Of a DNA stretch of 64,000 nucleotides, positions 39,514 through 49,212 are shown piece by piece (the stretch's first letter is position 1; each line of letters starts with the position of its first letter). A model generated the notes under the pieces. It had not been told where the DNA came from and searched no databases. It saw nothing but the letters and a program-made list of their open reading frames with translations. Origin of the DNA: a virus (taxonomy: Duplodnaviria > Caudoviricetes); the IMG/VR virus record IMGVR_UViG_3300021399_000098; one strand, given 5' to 3'. A program made the translations under genes and the position numbers.

Positions 39514-40338
39514 TTAGTCATATAGTTCGTGTGCAATTTGTCCAAGGAGCTTATTAATGCTCATATATTCCCCTTCTATCCATAAATAGACTTCTCCATC
39601 TTTTCTAACTTCTATAGCGTTTTTCCTATCATTATCGCTTGTTCCTATTCCCACGGAAAATACGGTTTTACCAGATGGTTCAGTGGTTTCATTATTTAGG
39701 TTATATTCTCCAAATGCAACATCATGTTCATTATTGGTTTCTAGGGTATCATTATTGTCATAGCCTAATTTTTCTATAAGTTCGTCAAGTTTTTCAGATG
39801 TACTTCCGCTTGCAATTTCATCTATTCTTTCATTAAGTGCTTCCTCTGCTTCAATGGCTCTAGCAGTCTCGTCATCAATTTTTTCATCTAGTCTGTCAAT
39901 TTCAGATTGGATGCCATCTATTTTAACGCCATTTTCAGAGACAGTAATCCATTTTTCAGAACTTGGGTCTATTGCCAATGAAACAACTCCATCAGATTCT
40001 TGCAAGCCATCTTTAAATTCATAATCTGGTATAAGTCCACCAATATCTATTGTCACCAAATCTCCATTGGTGAATTTTATATATAGTTTACCATCTTCAT
40101 ACCAAACCTTTTCGATAATCTGCCCTTGTTGAACGAAATCATCAACATTAAGTGTTGCCACATCTTTTCCATCTTTATTTGCAAAATGGATTTTGTTATC
40201 ATCTTTTACATATGACGCACTAGCAAAAAAATCATCCAATTCATTTTCGTAGATGGAATCAGAACTTTGATAATTGTTCTCATCCCTATAGCCCCAAGGC
40301 TCATACATTCTAGTTTTTCTTTTTCTTTGTAATGCCAT
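39514..40338 (-). CDS. Structural protein with a fibre-like C-terminus
   Basis: DETARAIEAEEAL coiled coil; VFSVGIGTSDNDRKNAIEVRKDG. Confidence 0.6.
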   Translation of the reverse strand: MALQRKRKTRMYEPWGYRDENNYQSSDSIYENELDDFFASASYVKDDNKIHFANKDGKDVATLNVDDFVQQGQIIEKVWYEDGKLYIKFTNGDLVTIDIGGLIPDYEFKDGLQESDGVVSLAIDPSSEKWITVSENGVKIDGIQSEIDRLDEKIDDETARAIEAEEALNERIDEIASGSTSEKLDELIEKLGYDNNDTLETNNEHDVAFGEYNLNNETTEPSGKTVFSVGIGTSDNDRKNAIEVRKDGEVYLWIEGEYMSINKLLGQIAHELYD

Positions 40339-40545
40339 TGTTGTATATTACTTTATTATTGGTTATTTTAATATAAATATTTTACTTTCCACATAAATAT
40401 TTAATTTTTTTAAGAATTATAGTTTGGTGTATTGAAATAAAAGTCGTATATTTGCAGCAGAAATGAAAAAATAACCATAAAATTTTTGTTTTTTACTTTT
40501 TTTTATATATTTTTGCAAAAATAAAAGTATTAAAACTGTAAAACA

Positions 40546-41055
40546 ATGACAAATATTTACATGGCAGCGTACAAAGACTACGCAGATTACGACTTACTGA
40601 AAACGGTGTGTGACAGAATCACAAGTGACATGGATAAAAATGATGTTACGTTTTTCGTTACCACTGGGGAGTCTGGAGACAACACTTGCACCAAATATGC
40701 AGCAGATAATGGGTTTAGAATTGTTGATTGGTTTCCTGATGAGCAATTCATGCCACTGAAAGAAGAAACTAGGCAGAACGGCCATTGGAAAGAGTTTTAT
40801 AACGCATTGAAAACGCAGAAAAGTGAATTCATTTCCAAAGCTGACCACGTTATCCTAGTAAGTGACTATGACGCTAAGAACAATGGAATCGGATATGCCA
40901 TAAGATTGGCTTCCAAACACGGAAAAACAATATCTGTTCTGTTTCCAGATAGAGGTGAACTATACGTCAATAGGTTTTCAACACCTAATAAAACCTACGT
41001 CTATAGTGTTAGTAATGGCACGATGAACTTTAAAAAAATTATAGAACATGACTAA
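40546..41055 (+). CDS. Degenerate SLOG-family (YspA/DUF2493-like) protein
   Basis: DYDLLKTVCD..I, SGDNTCTKYA, ADHVILVSD, GIGYAIRLASKHGK; host-type promoter at 40447. Confidence 0.5.
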   Translation: MTNIYMAAYKDYADYDLLKTVCDRITSDMDKNDVTFFVTTGESGDNTCTKYAADNGFRIVDWFPDEQFMPLKEETRQNGHWKEFYNALKTQKSEFISKADHVILVSDYDAKNNGIGYAIRLASKHGKTISVLFPDRGELYVNRFSTPNKTYVYSVSNGTMNFKKIIEHD

Positions 41056-41329
41056 AGAAAACTACATTTCGCCCTATGAGGCCGAAGACTTAGACACCAT
41101 CATTAACCAACTCATCGAAGATGGCATCATTGACGGTGACTATGACGAAGATGAGTATGATGAGCTAGATGCAATCGTCTCAGAGGCAATCGACAAGTTC
41201 AACACAGAACTGATGGAAGATGAATCCATAGAGGCTGATGAGGAACTTGACTACCAAGACCTAAGAGACGATATGTACGCGGCAATTAGGGAAGCTGTTG
41301 AGGAAAACTACAGTAACGTAATAAAATAA
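41048..41329 (+). CDS. Very acidic small protein
   Basis: 93 aa, strongly D/E-rich. Confidence 0.7.
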   Translation: MTKENYISPYEAEDLDTIINQLIEDGIIDGDYDEDEYDELDAIVSEAIDKFNTELMEDESIEADEELDYQDLRDDMYAAIREAVEENYSNVIK

Positions 41330-41336
41330 AGGGAAC

Positions 41337-43730
41337 TTATACAGTTCCCTTATTTTTTTGTTCAATATATGTAATTATATCCTTTGGTGACTTAACACCA
41401 TTTGTTATCTTATCGGCATCTATGCCGTCACCCCAAGAGCAGCCTATGAATGGTATGTTTGCATTTCTTGACTCAGCACCATCAGAAGCTCTATCACCAA
41501 TGCTTAAGCATTCTTCTGGGGCAATTCCCATTATATTAAGCACCTCTCTCATACGAGCAGCTTTAGGCCATCCACTTCTGTCACCCTTAACTGCTACTGG
41601 GTGCAGCCCATAATACTTAATCGTCTCTTGGGCGAATAACTGATTACACTTTGTCACAACAGCCCATTGTATTCCGTTGTTTTCCAAATACTTTATCAAG
41701 TCTTTTATGCCACTATAGATTATGTTCTTTCCAACATACTTCGAAGCCTCTATCCAAGCTTTTTTCTTGTCTGTGGCAGTTCCCTTAACCGTCCTTGTCT
41801 GTCTTCTGATTTCCAACGTTCCGTCAGTGTTGAAAAGTGTATAGTCAAAATCGAATATAACGCCCTTTACACCACCACCTTCTTCAAATTCCTCTTTGAT
41901 AAGGTTTTTACGTTGGTTTGCATTTTCAGACAATGAATAAGCATTGGTTAAACAAAGGATATGCGTATCATCAACACCATTATTATGTAGAGCATTTATA
42001 AGAAGCTTAAGAGTTGAACCTGTACTGATGTCCTCATCAAACAACAAATAATACCTTGACCTAAACATTTCAAAATAATTAGGGTCATTTACAGCCTCAT
42101 TATTAGCAACTATGTACATGTCCTTCACATACTTACGATACTTACCGCCAAAGTCAACTATTTTTCCTCTTTGAAGGCTGAAATCGATTTTAACACCAGT
42201 TGTCAATAGCTTTTCTTTGTAGAAATTATAAACTTTGTGCATTTCATTTGATGCTTCGAAGAACTTTTGAAGCATTGCCTTATTTGCATATAGGGCATCG
42301 TGAATGGCTTTTTCGTAAGTCTTATAATCATTTGAAAGTTTGATGTGAGAATTGTTAGCGAACAAGTTGTTTTTGAAATACTCAAGCAAATTATCCTTCT
42401 CCTCCAAATTTGAAGAACAAATCATAAATGATAACTCCTTTAGTATCAACTGTATTCTATCCAAAGAAATCTTATCCCCTAGTATTTCAGTTAGATAATC
42501 ACCATACTCATTGAAATAGTTTTCTATTGGTTGTCCGATGAAATATACAATTTCAGAAATACCCTTCTGCTTTGCGGTTTCCCTAAAACTTGCTATCTGT
42601 TTTTCATCTACACCGTCATTTCTCATCATTTCCTCATCCATCTTCACGTTAACCATGTCTCTCTGGAAGAAATTCCTTTCATATGGAACTCCAAGCTTAC
42701 TAGACAGTCTTGTACAATAATACAAGTTGAACTTTGAAGACGATGGAGCATCAACTATTACAGATGGCTTGAAAGATTCACATTTCAACGCATAAGCAGC
42801 AGCCATTATAGACTTGTCTATAAATTTGGCAATTGATGTGTAATTATTGTCACCATAGCCATATTGTTTCCTAGTCAAATCGTCTGGACCATTCAAAGAG
42901 AAATTACCGCCAATATTAGGCTTTACTCCATTATCATAAGTCAATTCAAATGGCTTGTATGCACGGCTTTTACCTTGTATTTTCTCCCTTTTTGAAGCAT
43001 CTATTCCAAAGTTCTCTGCATTTTTGTCATTGCCCCTAATGTATCCATGTTTAATAATGTCACTAAAGTTAAAGTCAACCATTCTAAACAATGAAATAAC
43101 ATTCACATTTGTGTAAGGAACTTTCATTAACCTATATCTAGGAACTCTACCTTGTGAAAACCTTTCATCCTCCGCATTTTGTAAAGGTCTGTCGTATTGT
43201 GCAGCAGCCCTTTCAGCATTATTCAAGTTCACCATCAACTTACTAAGAACGGTGCTCATTTGTTCTCCTTGAGACAATGCCTTAATTGCCTTATTAGCAG
43301 CAGTTTTTGGACCTTTTTCAATCATTTGGTATGAATCCAAATTTATTGTCTTGAGAAACACCTTATATATGTTTTTAATATTTGACTGGTCAAAACCCTT
43401 TATAAAATTAATAACATCACGATACATCCTAGCAGTCTCTTTCAAACTCGCTCCTACCTTCTGCTGCTGGAACACATGCCACTTACGGCCAGGTTTACCC
43501 ATCCTAGACTGTTCAATAGAACCATCACCATTCACGATGTCGTTCCTACTGCCGAACAATCTAGTGTCTACACCTTGGTTGTCAACGTCTAACCTACTAG
43601 TGTTAATTGATGTGTTGAAAGTATTCGTATTTGGGTTATAGTTCACATTCAAACCTTCCTTTAACAATATGACGCTGTTTTCCCTAATATGTACTTTCTT
43701 TCGTTTTTTATCTGTTGAATACAAAATCAT
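41337..43730 (-). CDS. Phosphoribosyltransferase-like plus HAD hydrolase fusion protein
   Basis: VIVDAPSSS; PRPP-loop-like LLFDEDISTGST; HAD motif I VIFDFDYTL; AVVT; IGDRASD. Confidence 0.7.
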   Translation of the reverse strand: MILYSTDKKRKKVHIRENSVILLKEGLNVNYNPNTNTFNTSINTSRLDVDNQGVDTRLFGSRNDIVNGDGSIEQSRMGKPGRKWHVFQQQKVGASLKETARMYRDVINFIKGFDQSNIKNIYKVFLKTINLDSYQMIEKGPKTAANKAIKALSQGEQMSTVLSKLMVNLNNAERAAAQYDRPLQNAEDERFSQGRVPRYRLMKVPYTNVNVISLFRMVDFNFSDIIKHGYIRGNDKNAENFGIDASKREKIQGKSRAYKPFELTYDNGVKPNIGGNFSLNGPDDLTRKQYGYGDNNYTSIAKFIDKSIMAAAYALKCESFKPSVIVDAPSSSKFNLYYCTRLSSKLGVPYERNFFQRDMVNVKMDEEMMRNDGVDEKQIASFRETAKQKGISEIVYFIGQPIENYFNEYGDYLTEILGDKISLDRIQLILKELSFMICSSNLEEKDNLLEYFKNNLFANNSHIKLSNDYKTYEKAIHDALYANKAMLQKFFEASNEMHKVYNFYKEKLLTTGVKIDFSLQRGKIVDFGGKYRKYVKDMYIVANNEAVNDPNYFEMFRSRYYLLFDEDISTGSTLKLLINALHNNGVDDTHILCLTNAYSLSENANQRKNLIKEEFEEGGGVKGVIFDFDYTLFNTDGTLEIRRQTRTVKGTATDKKKAWIEASKYVGKNIIYSGIKDLIKYLENNGIQWAVVTKCNQLFAQETIKYYGLHPVAVKGDRSGWPKAARMREVLNIMGIAPEECLSIGDRASDGAESRNANIPFIGCSWGDGIDADKITNGVKSPKDIITYIEQKNKGTV

Positions 43731-44629
43731 ACAACTTTTTCTTTCTTTAATATCTTTATGTCTTTAGGGTTGAATATGACATAGTTTGTGTTTTTAGTTC
43801 CATCTGCCGTAACATCAACCCATTTAATACCCTTATATCCTTCTCTGTACAAAAATTCAGAAGTTTCCTTGTCATCGCCAACAAGTGATGCTATCGTTCC
43901 ATAAACATCACCGCCAGTTTGACAATCGCACAAATACTTACATTCCTCATTCCAAAATTCATTTTCATAGCCCTTATATATCTCCCTACCATACTCATTT
44001 TCAGTTGTATAGTATTTGAAGAAATCTCTAGCTATTTTGGTTGCAGCCGCCCTAGAAATGCTTTTATATGTTAAATAACGCCCACTTGGAACTTTTGCAG
44101 TGTACACAAAGCCACCTCTTGCATACTCCTTTGCGCCCTCTGGATTATCAATCAAATATACACCATATCCATACGCTTGCTGACCCCAACCACTTGATAT
44201 GAAAGCTAAATCAAATTCTTGGAAATCAGCTTGAAAGCCATGAAACAAATCCAATTCAGTTATGGACTCCATTATGGCACGTCTTATTCTGTTTTCATTT
44301 TTCTCCCATTCATAATCGGCATTATCTTTTTCACCATTATAGGTAAAATAGTTTCCATCATTCCAACTTATCTGCTTTGGTTGCTTTGGCTGTTTTGGAG
44401 GCTTCTGAGACGCTTTTGCCACTCTTGCCTTATCGTAGTCCACCAACTCTTTAAAATGCTGCGTAAGGGCTGTATAAACACTTTTATGATAGCCTCTCTT
44501 GCCACCAATCTGCTTCTCCCTATAGCCAATTCCTTGTGCCACATGATGAATTGCAGGCAAAGAAACATCTTTCCCACAAGCATTTCTGAACCTTTTCCTT
44601 ATTTCTTTAGCTGATAATAAATCGTACAT
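43727..44629 (-). CDS. Protein with a C-terminal ADP-ribosyltransferase-like (ART-PolyVal type) domain
   Basis: LFHG...FD...SGWGQQAYGYGVYL..AKEYA; GYKGI...NYVIFNPKDIKI; start refined to MYDLLS. Confidence 0.6.
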   Translation of the reverse strand: MYDLLSAKEIRKRFRNACGKDVSLPAIHHVAQGIGYREKQIGGKRGYHKSVYTALTQHFKELVDYDKARVAKASQKPPKQPKQPKQISWNDGNYFTYNGEKDNADYEWEKNENRIRRAIMESITELDLFHGFQADFQEFDLAFISSGWGQQAYGYGVYLIDNPEGAKEYARGGFVYTAKVPSGRYLTYKSISRAAATKIARDFFKYYTTENEYGREIYKGYENEFWNEECKYLCDCQTGGDVYGTIASLVGDDKETSEFLYREGYKGIKWVDVTADGTKNTNYVIFNPKDIKILKKEKVV

Positions 44630-44793
44630 TGTAACTCTATTTATTCTATAAATAGAATTTTGGTCATAATAATTTTTATTTTGAAATATTTGTTTTTTTA
44701 AGAATTTTAACATATCTTTGCAAAAAAATAAAAGTGATGACATCAAAGTGTGTCTTTAGCTTTAATAACTAAAAAACTAACAATTTTTATAGT

Positions 44794-47700
44794 ATGAGAG
44801 AAATTACAACCGAAGTTGTTAACACCTTTCTCAACGGACATGACCCAATGGAACACATCATTTCAATAGAATGTGGATTTGACGAAGATAGGGTTAGCAT
44901 TATTTATGTAAACGAAAAAGGTGAAAAAAGGGTCAAATTAGATGACTTCAAGCCATTTGTTTGGGTTAAGCACAGTGCTGCGATAAGGTTGTTTGGTGGA
45001 AACAAAACAACACTCAGGCGTGAGCTTAAACGTTTTGGCATTACAATTAAAAAGCTTACAACATCAAACGATGACGGAGAGGAACATGAACGCCTAGAAA
45101 GTGGCTATAAGTACCTTTTCTATGCTACAAGGAGAATGAGCAATCAGAATTTCCAAAACTTTTTTAAAATTGGTGGCGTTCCAATCCATGAAAGGAAAAA
45201 GAAAGATGACCCAGCCCAAAACGGAAACAGAGAGTTTATGGCAGTGACCCCTGTTGAGCAATATATGATTGCCACTGGACGTAGACTCTTTAAAGGTTAC
45301 GACACTTACAACCAACTCACACGATTCATATTTGACTTGGAAACGCAAGGTCTTAATCCTAAGATACATAGGATTGAGCAAATAGGTATTCACACCAATA
45401 AAGGATATGATAAGGTGATTTCAGTTGAAGGTAAAACCAAAGAAGAGTTAGACAGAAACGAAATTGCCGCAATTAAAGAATTCTTGGACATATTGTCAAG
45501 TCTGAAGCCAGATACAGTCGTTGGGCATAACTCTGAAAACTTTGACTGGAATTTTATGATTGTTCGTTGTGAACAACTTGGTGTTGATTTTTCAGAGCTT
45601 TCTTTAAACTATTTCAAACACGCCATTTACAAAAAGTCAAAGGAATCTGTTCTCAAGCTTGGTGGCGAAGTGGAATATTATTATCCAACAATCATGTGGG
45701 GTCACAACGTACTTGATTCATTGCACGCTGCAAGAAGAGCGCAAGCAATTGATTCAAACATGAAATCTTCAAACTTGAAATATGTAACAAAATACCTAAA
45801 CTTGAAGAAACAAAACCGTGTTTATGTTCCAGGTGATAAAATCACATCAACTTGGGCGATTCAAGATAAAGTATTTGGATTTTGTGAAGATGATGGTGAT
45901 TGGTACAAAGTCACAGATAAAAGGCCACTACTTAAAGGCTATAACCTTGTAAGTGGTAGATACATCGTTGAAAGATACCTCTTGGATGACTTATGGGAAA
46001 CTGATAAAGTTGAAGATAGGTTGAATGAGTCTAACTTCTTGGTAGGTAAGATGCTACCGACTAGCTTTACAAGAGCGTGTACAATGGGTACGGCAGGAAT
46101 TTGGAAACTTATAATGCTTTCATGGTGTTATGAAAATGACTTGGCAATCCCAGCAGCAGCACCAAATAAACGTTTCACAGGTGGTCTTTCACGTCTTCTT
46201 AAAACAGGATTCGTTGACCGTATCGTGAAGCTTGACTACAACTCACTTTATCCGTCAGTTATTCTAACATGGCACGTTTCAACTCCAATTGACGTTATGA
46301 ACGTTATGCTTTCATTCCTTGAATATATTCTAACACAACGTGAGAAATATAAAGGATTAAAAGCTGAAGCAGGAGAAAAGGCCGACAGTCTTAAGGAAAA
46401 ACTTAAAGAGTGTGACGGTGAGGAAAAAAAAGAAATCGAAGAAAAAATCAAGTTTTGGAAAGCTGAAAAAAGTGGTAATGATAAGAAACAATTACCTCTT
46501 AAGATTTTAGCAAACTCATTCTTCGGTGGTTATGGCTCACCTAACGTATTCCCATTCGGTGATATACTTGCAGCAGAAAAAACAACTTGTATCAGCAGAA
46601 TGTCACTAAGACTTATGATTAGCCATTTCAAGTCAATAGGCTATGAGCCAATTGTGGGTGATAGTGTTACATACGACACACCTATAATCGTTAGAGGTGA
46701 AGATAAGAGAATTGATATTATACCGATATGTGATATATTCAATAATGACGAAGCCGTTGAATTCGATAATGAACAATACAGAGACTTCTCAAGAAAGAAT
46801 TATGATGTTCTTACAAGGGATGGGTGGAAGCCTATTGAATATATATACAAGCATAAAACAAACAAGCAATTAAAGAGAGTAGAAACAAAGAATGGCCTAG
46901 TTGATTGTACGGAAGACCACTCGTTGTTTGATAATAATGGTAATGAGGTAAAACCTTCTACACTTACTCGTGGAAATAAAATCGAAATATATACCAAAGA
47001 CATTGACTATTTCGCAAGCTCAACAGTAACAGACAGAGAAGCTTGGCTATTTGGTTTCTTTATGGCTGATGGCAGTTCTGTATACTGTGATAGAACTCAA
47101 AAATACTATTCTAAACGAAAAGGCGAATGGGTAATACATAATGGCAAAAGAGCCAATTGGAAAATATCTAATAAATCTCTTGATAGATTAAATAAAGCAA
47201 AGGAGATATTAGAAGATAGTTTCTTCTTGAAAGCTTCCATTAAAGACCATAGAGCATCATCTAATGTTTACAACTTAGTTGTTGAAAATACAGATAATGC
47301 GAAATTTTTCTCTAATAATTTCTACACGTCATACAGATACAAGAAAGTCCCAGAGTTTATATTAAATGCTAGGAAAGAAGTTAAGAAAGCATTCTTAGAT
47401 GGATTCTGTTGTGGCGATGGACAAAACGATACAATTGATGAATGCATAGAATTTGGTCAGAAATCAAAAGTTGCTATGGCTGGACTTTATTTCTTGATGA
47501 AAGAACTTGGATACAATTTCCGTTGTCACAATAGAAATGACAAGCAAGAATTCATTAGTTTTAGACTTAGAAATCATCGTGGAAGCCTATTGAACGAAAA
47601 CTATTCAGAGAAAAAAGAAGATGAAGTATGGAATTGCGAAGACATTACTAGCAAATCAGAATACGTATATGATATTTCTGCTGATGGAACATTTGTTAAT

Positions 47701-49170
47701 GCCCTTGGCATGATTGTATGCCATAATACAGATGGTTTTAACTTCCAAATGCCTACTGAGGACAAATTCAGATATACAAAGGAACATCCATATATCTCAA
47801 ATGGTCTTGGGCGTAACTCTATTAAAGGTAAGGAATATACACGTGTTGATGCTGACGTGGCAGAATTCGAGGACATCTATCTGTCACAAGCATATAACGG
47901 TGGTATAAACAAAATGGGATTAGGAATAGACGAATACTGTGATGCTTGTATACAGTTCGCAAGAAAGAACTATGCTGACTTAATGCCAGACGGTAAAACA
48001 AAGAAAGTTGGTAATACCATCAAATCAAGAAAGATGAGCGGCTATCTTGAGAAATTCATTGATGAGGGTGTTGACCTATTGCTTCGTGGTAACGGATATA
48101 AGTTCTTGTCCAACTATTACGATTACATAGACAAGATTTACAATTATCAAATTCCGATTAAAGACATTGCTTCAAAGGGCAATATCAAAAAGTCAATTAA
48201 AGATTATATTGCTGATTGTAACACGCTCACCAAAGCTGGTTCAAAGAAATCTCGTCAAGCTTGGTATGAATTGGTTATAAAAGAAAATGTTGAAGTAAAT
48301 GTCAGTGACACAATATATTACATCAACACTGGCACAAAGAAAGGACATACAGACGTTAAACGTGTAACACATTTCTATTATACCCTAAATGGAGAAAAAA
48401 CAGAAATAACAAAGGAAGTTGAAAAGTTATACAAAAATCAAGACAAAGCAGCACCTAATTATGTAAAGAAAACTAGATTGGAACTTGCGAAAGAAACTTA
48501 TGGAAATAGTGCGTTTGACGAAGATGAAATTATACTTAACTGTAAATTAGTTCCAAACGAAATACTTGAAAAGGAAGAGGATGTGCTTTGCAGTGATTAT
48601 GAAGGAATGGAATATAATGTTGAAAAATACATTGACCAATTCAATAAACGAATAACTCCTTTGTTGGTTTGTTTCCATCCAGACATAAGAAATAAGATAT
48701 TGGTTACGAATCCAAAAGACAGACTATTCTTCACAGAAGAACAGTCAAAACTTGTAAGCGGTTATCCAAACAAGGAAGAAGACCAAGACACATTTGAGGC
48801 GTTGATGACACCTGAAAGGAAAGAAATAGAGTTTTGGCTTAAGGTAAATGAAGTTCCACCATTTGTAAAGGAATGTGGTATTGATTGGAATGCTTTGGTA
48901 GAAAAACATAAGAAAGATATTGAATCAGAACAAAATGAACTTTACAACGAGGAAAATCAGAAATATTTGGATGCGTTGGATGCAATGACGAATGATGAAG
49001 TTGTGGAATTTGAAGAGGAAGGTAAATTACCAACAGCAATTGCGTCATTGGTAACTCTTGGTGCTGACATGAGACTATATTTCAAAAAAATACCTGACAA
49101 GACACCATCAACTGGAGGTTATGTCTTCGATGACATCACTTACAACTATGCCGAAACAATTGCAGAATAA
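44794..49170 (+). CDS. polB: Family B DNA polymerase containing an intein
   Basis: Exo motifs FDLETQG and GHNSENFD; motif A DYNSLYPS; motif B KILANSFFG; motif C GD/TDG split by the intein. Confidence 0.95.
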   Translation: MREITTEVVNTFLNGHDPMEHIISIECGFDEDRVSIIYVNEKGEKRVKLDDFKPFVWVKHSAAIRLFGGNKTTLRRELKRFGITIKKLTTSNDDGEEHERLESGYKYLFYATRRMSNQNFQNFFKIGGVPIHERKKKDDPAQNGNREFMAVTPVEQYMIATGRRLFKGYDTYNQLTRFIFDLETQGLNPKIHRIEQIGIHTNKGYDKVISVEGKTKEELDRNEIAAIKEFLDILSSLKPDTVVGHNSENFDWNFMIVRCEQLGVDFSELSLNYFKHAIYKKSKESVLKLGGEVEYYYPTIMWGHNVLDSLHAARRAQAIDSNMKSSNLKYVTKYLNLKKQNRVYVPGDKITSTWAIQDKVFGFCEDDGDWYKVTDKRPLLKGYNLVSGRYIVERYLLDDLWETDKVEDRLNESNFLVGKMLPTSFTRACTMGTAGIWKLIMLSWCYENDLAIPAAAPNKRFTGGLSRLLKTGFVDRIVKLDYNSLYPSVILTWHVSTPIDVMNVMLSFLEYILTQREKYKGLKAEAGEKADSLKEKLKECDGEEKKEIEEKIKFWKAEKSGNDKKQLPLKILANSFFGGYGSPNVFPFGDILAAEKTTCISRMSLRLMISHFKSIGYEPIVGDSVTYDTPIIVRGEDKRIDIIPICDIFNNDEAVEFDNEQYRDFSRKNYDVLTRDGWKPIEYIYKHKTNKQLKRVETKNGLVDCTEDHSLFDNNGNEVKPSTLTRGNKIEIYTKDIDYFASSTVTDREAWLFGFFMADGSSVYCDRTQKYYSKRKGEWVIHNGKRANWKISNKSLDRLNKAKEILEDSFFLKASIKDHRASSNVYNLVVENTDNAKFFSNNFYTSYRYKKVPEFILNARKEVKKAFLDGFCCGDGQNDTIDECIEFGQKSKVAMAGLYFLMKELGYNFRCHNRNDKQEFISFRLRNHRGSLLNENYSEKKEDEVWNCEDITSKSEYVYDISADGTFVNALGMIVCHNTDGFNFQMPTEDKFRYTKEHPYISNGLGRNSIKGKEYTRVDADVAEFEDIYLSQAYNGGINKMGLGIDEYCDACIQFARKNYADLMPDGKTKKVGNTIKSRKMSGYLEKFIDEGVDLLLRGNGYKFLSNYYDYIDKIYNYQIPIKDIASKGNIKKSIKDYIADCNTLTKAGSKKSRQAWYELVIKENVEVNVSDTIYYINTGTKKGHTDVKRVTHFYYTLNGEKTEITKEVEKLYKNQDKAAPNYVKKTRLELAKETYGNSAFDEDEIILNCKLVPNEILEKEEDVLCSDYEGMEYNVEKYIDQFNKRITPLLVCFHPDIRNKILVTNPKDRLFFTEEQSKLVSGYPNKEEDQDTFEALMTPERKEIEFWLKVNEVPPFVKECGIDWNALVEKHKKDIESEQNELYNEENQKYLDALDAMTNDEVVEFEEEGKLPTAIASLVTLGADMRLYFKKIPDKTPSTGGYVFDDITYNYAETIAE
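46663..47727 (+). mobile_element. Intein (355 aa) with a LAGLIDADG homing endonuclease in PolB motif C
   Basis: GD|SVTYDTPII...YVYDIS...CHN|TDG; LFGFFMADG and FLDGFCCGDG blocks. Confidence 0.93.
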
Positions 49171-49212
49171 AAAAAGGCTAGGGTTTTTTCCCTAACCTTT
49201 TTTTATTATTTT

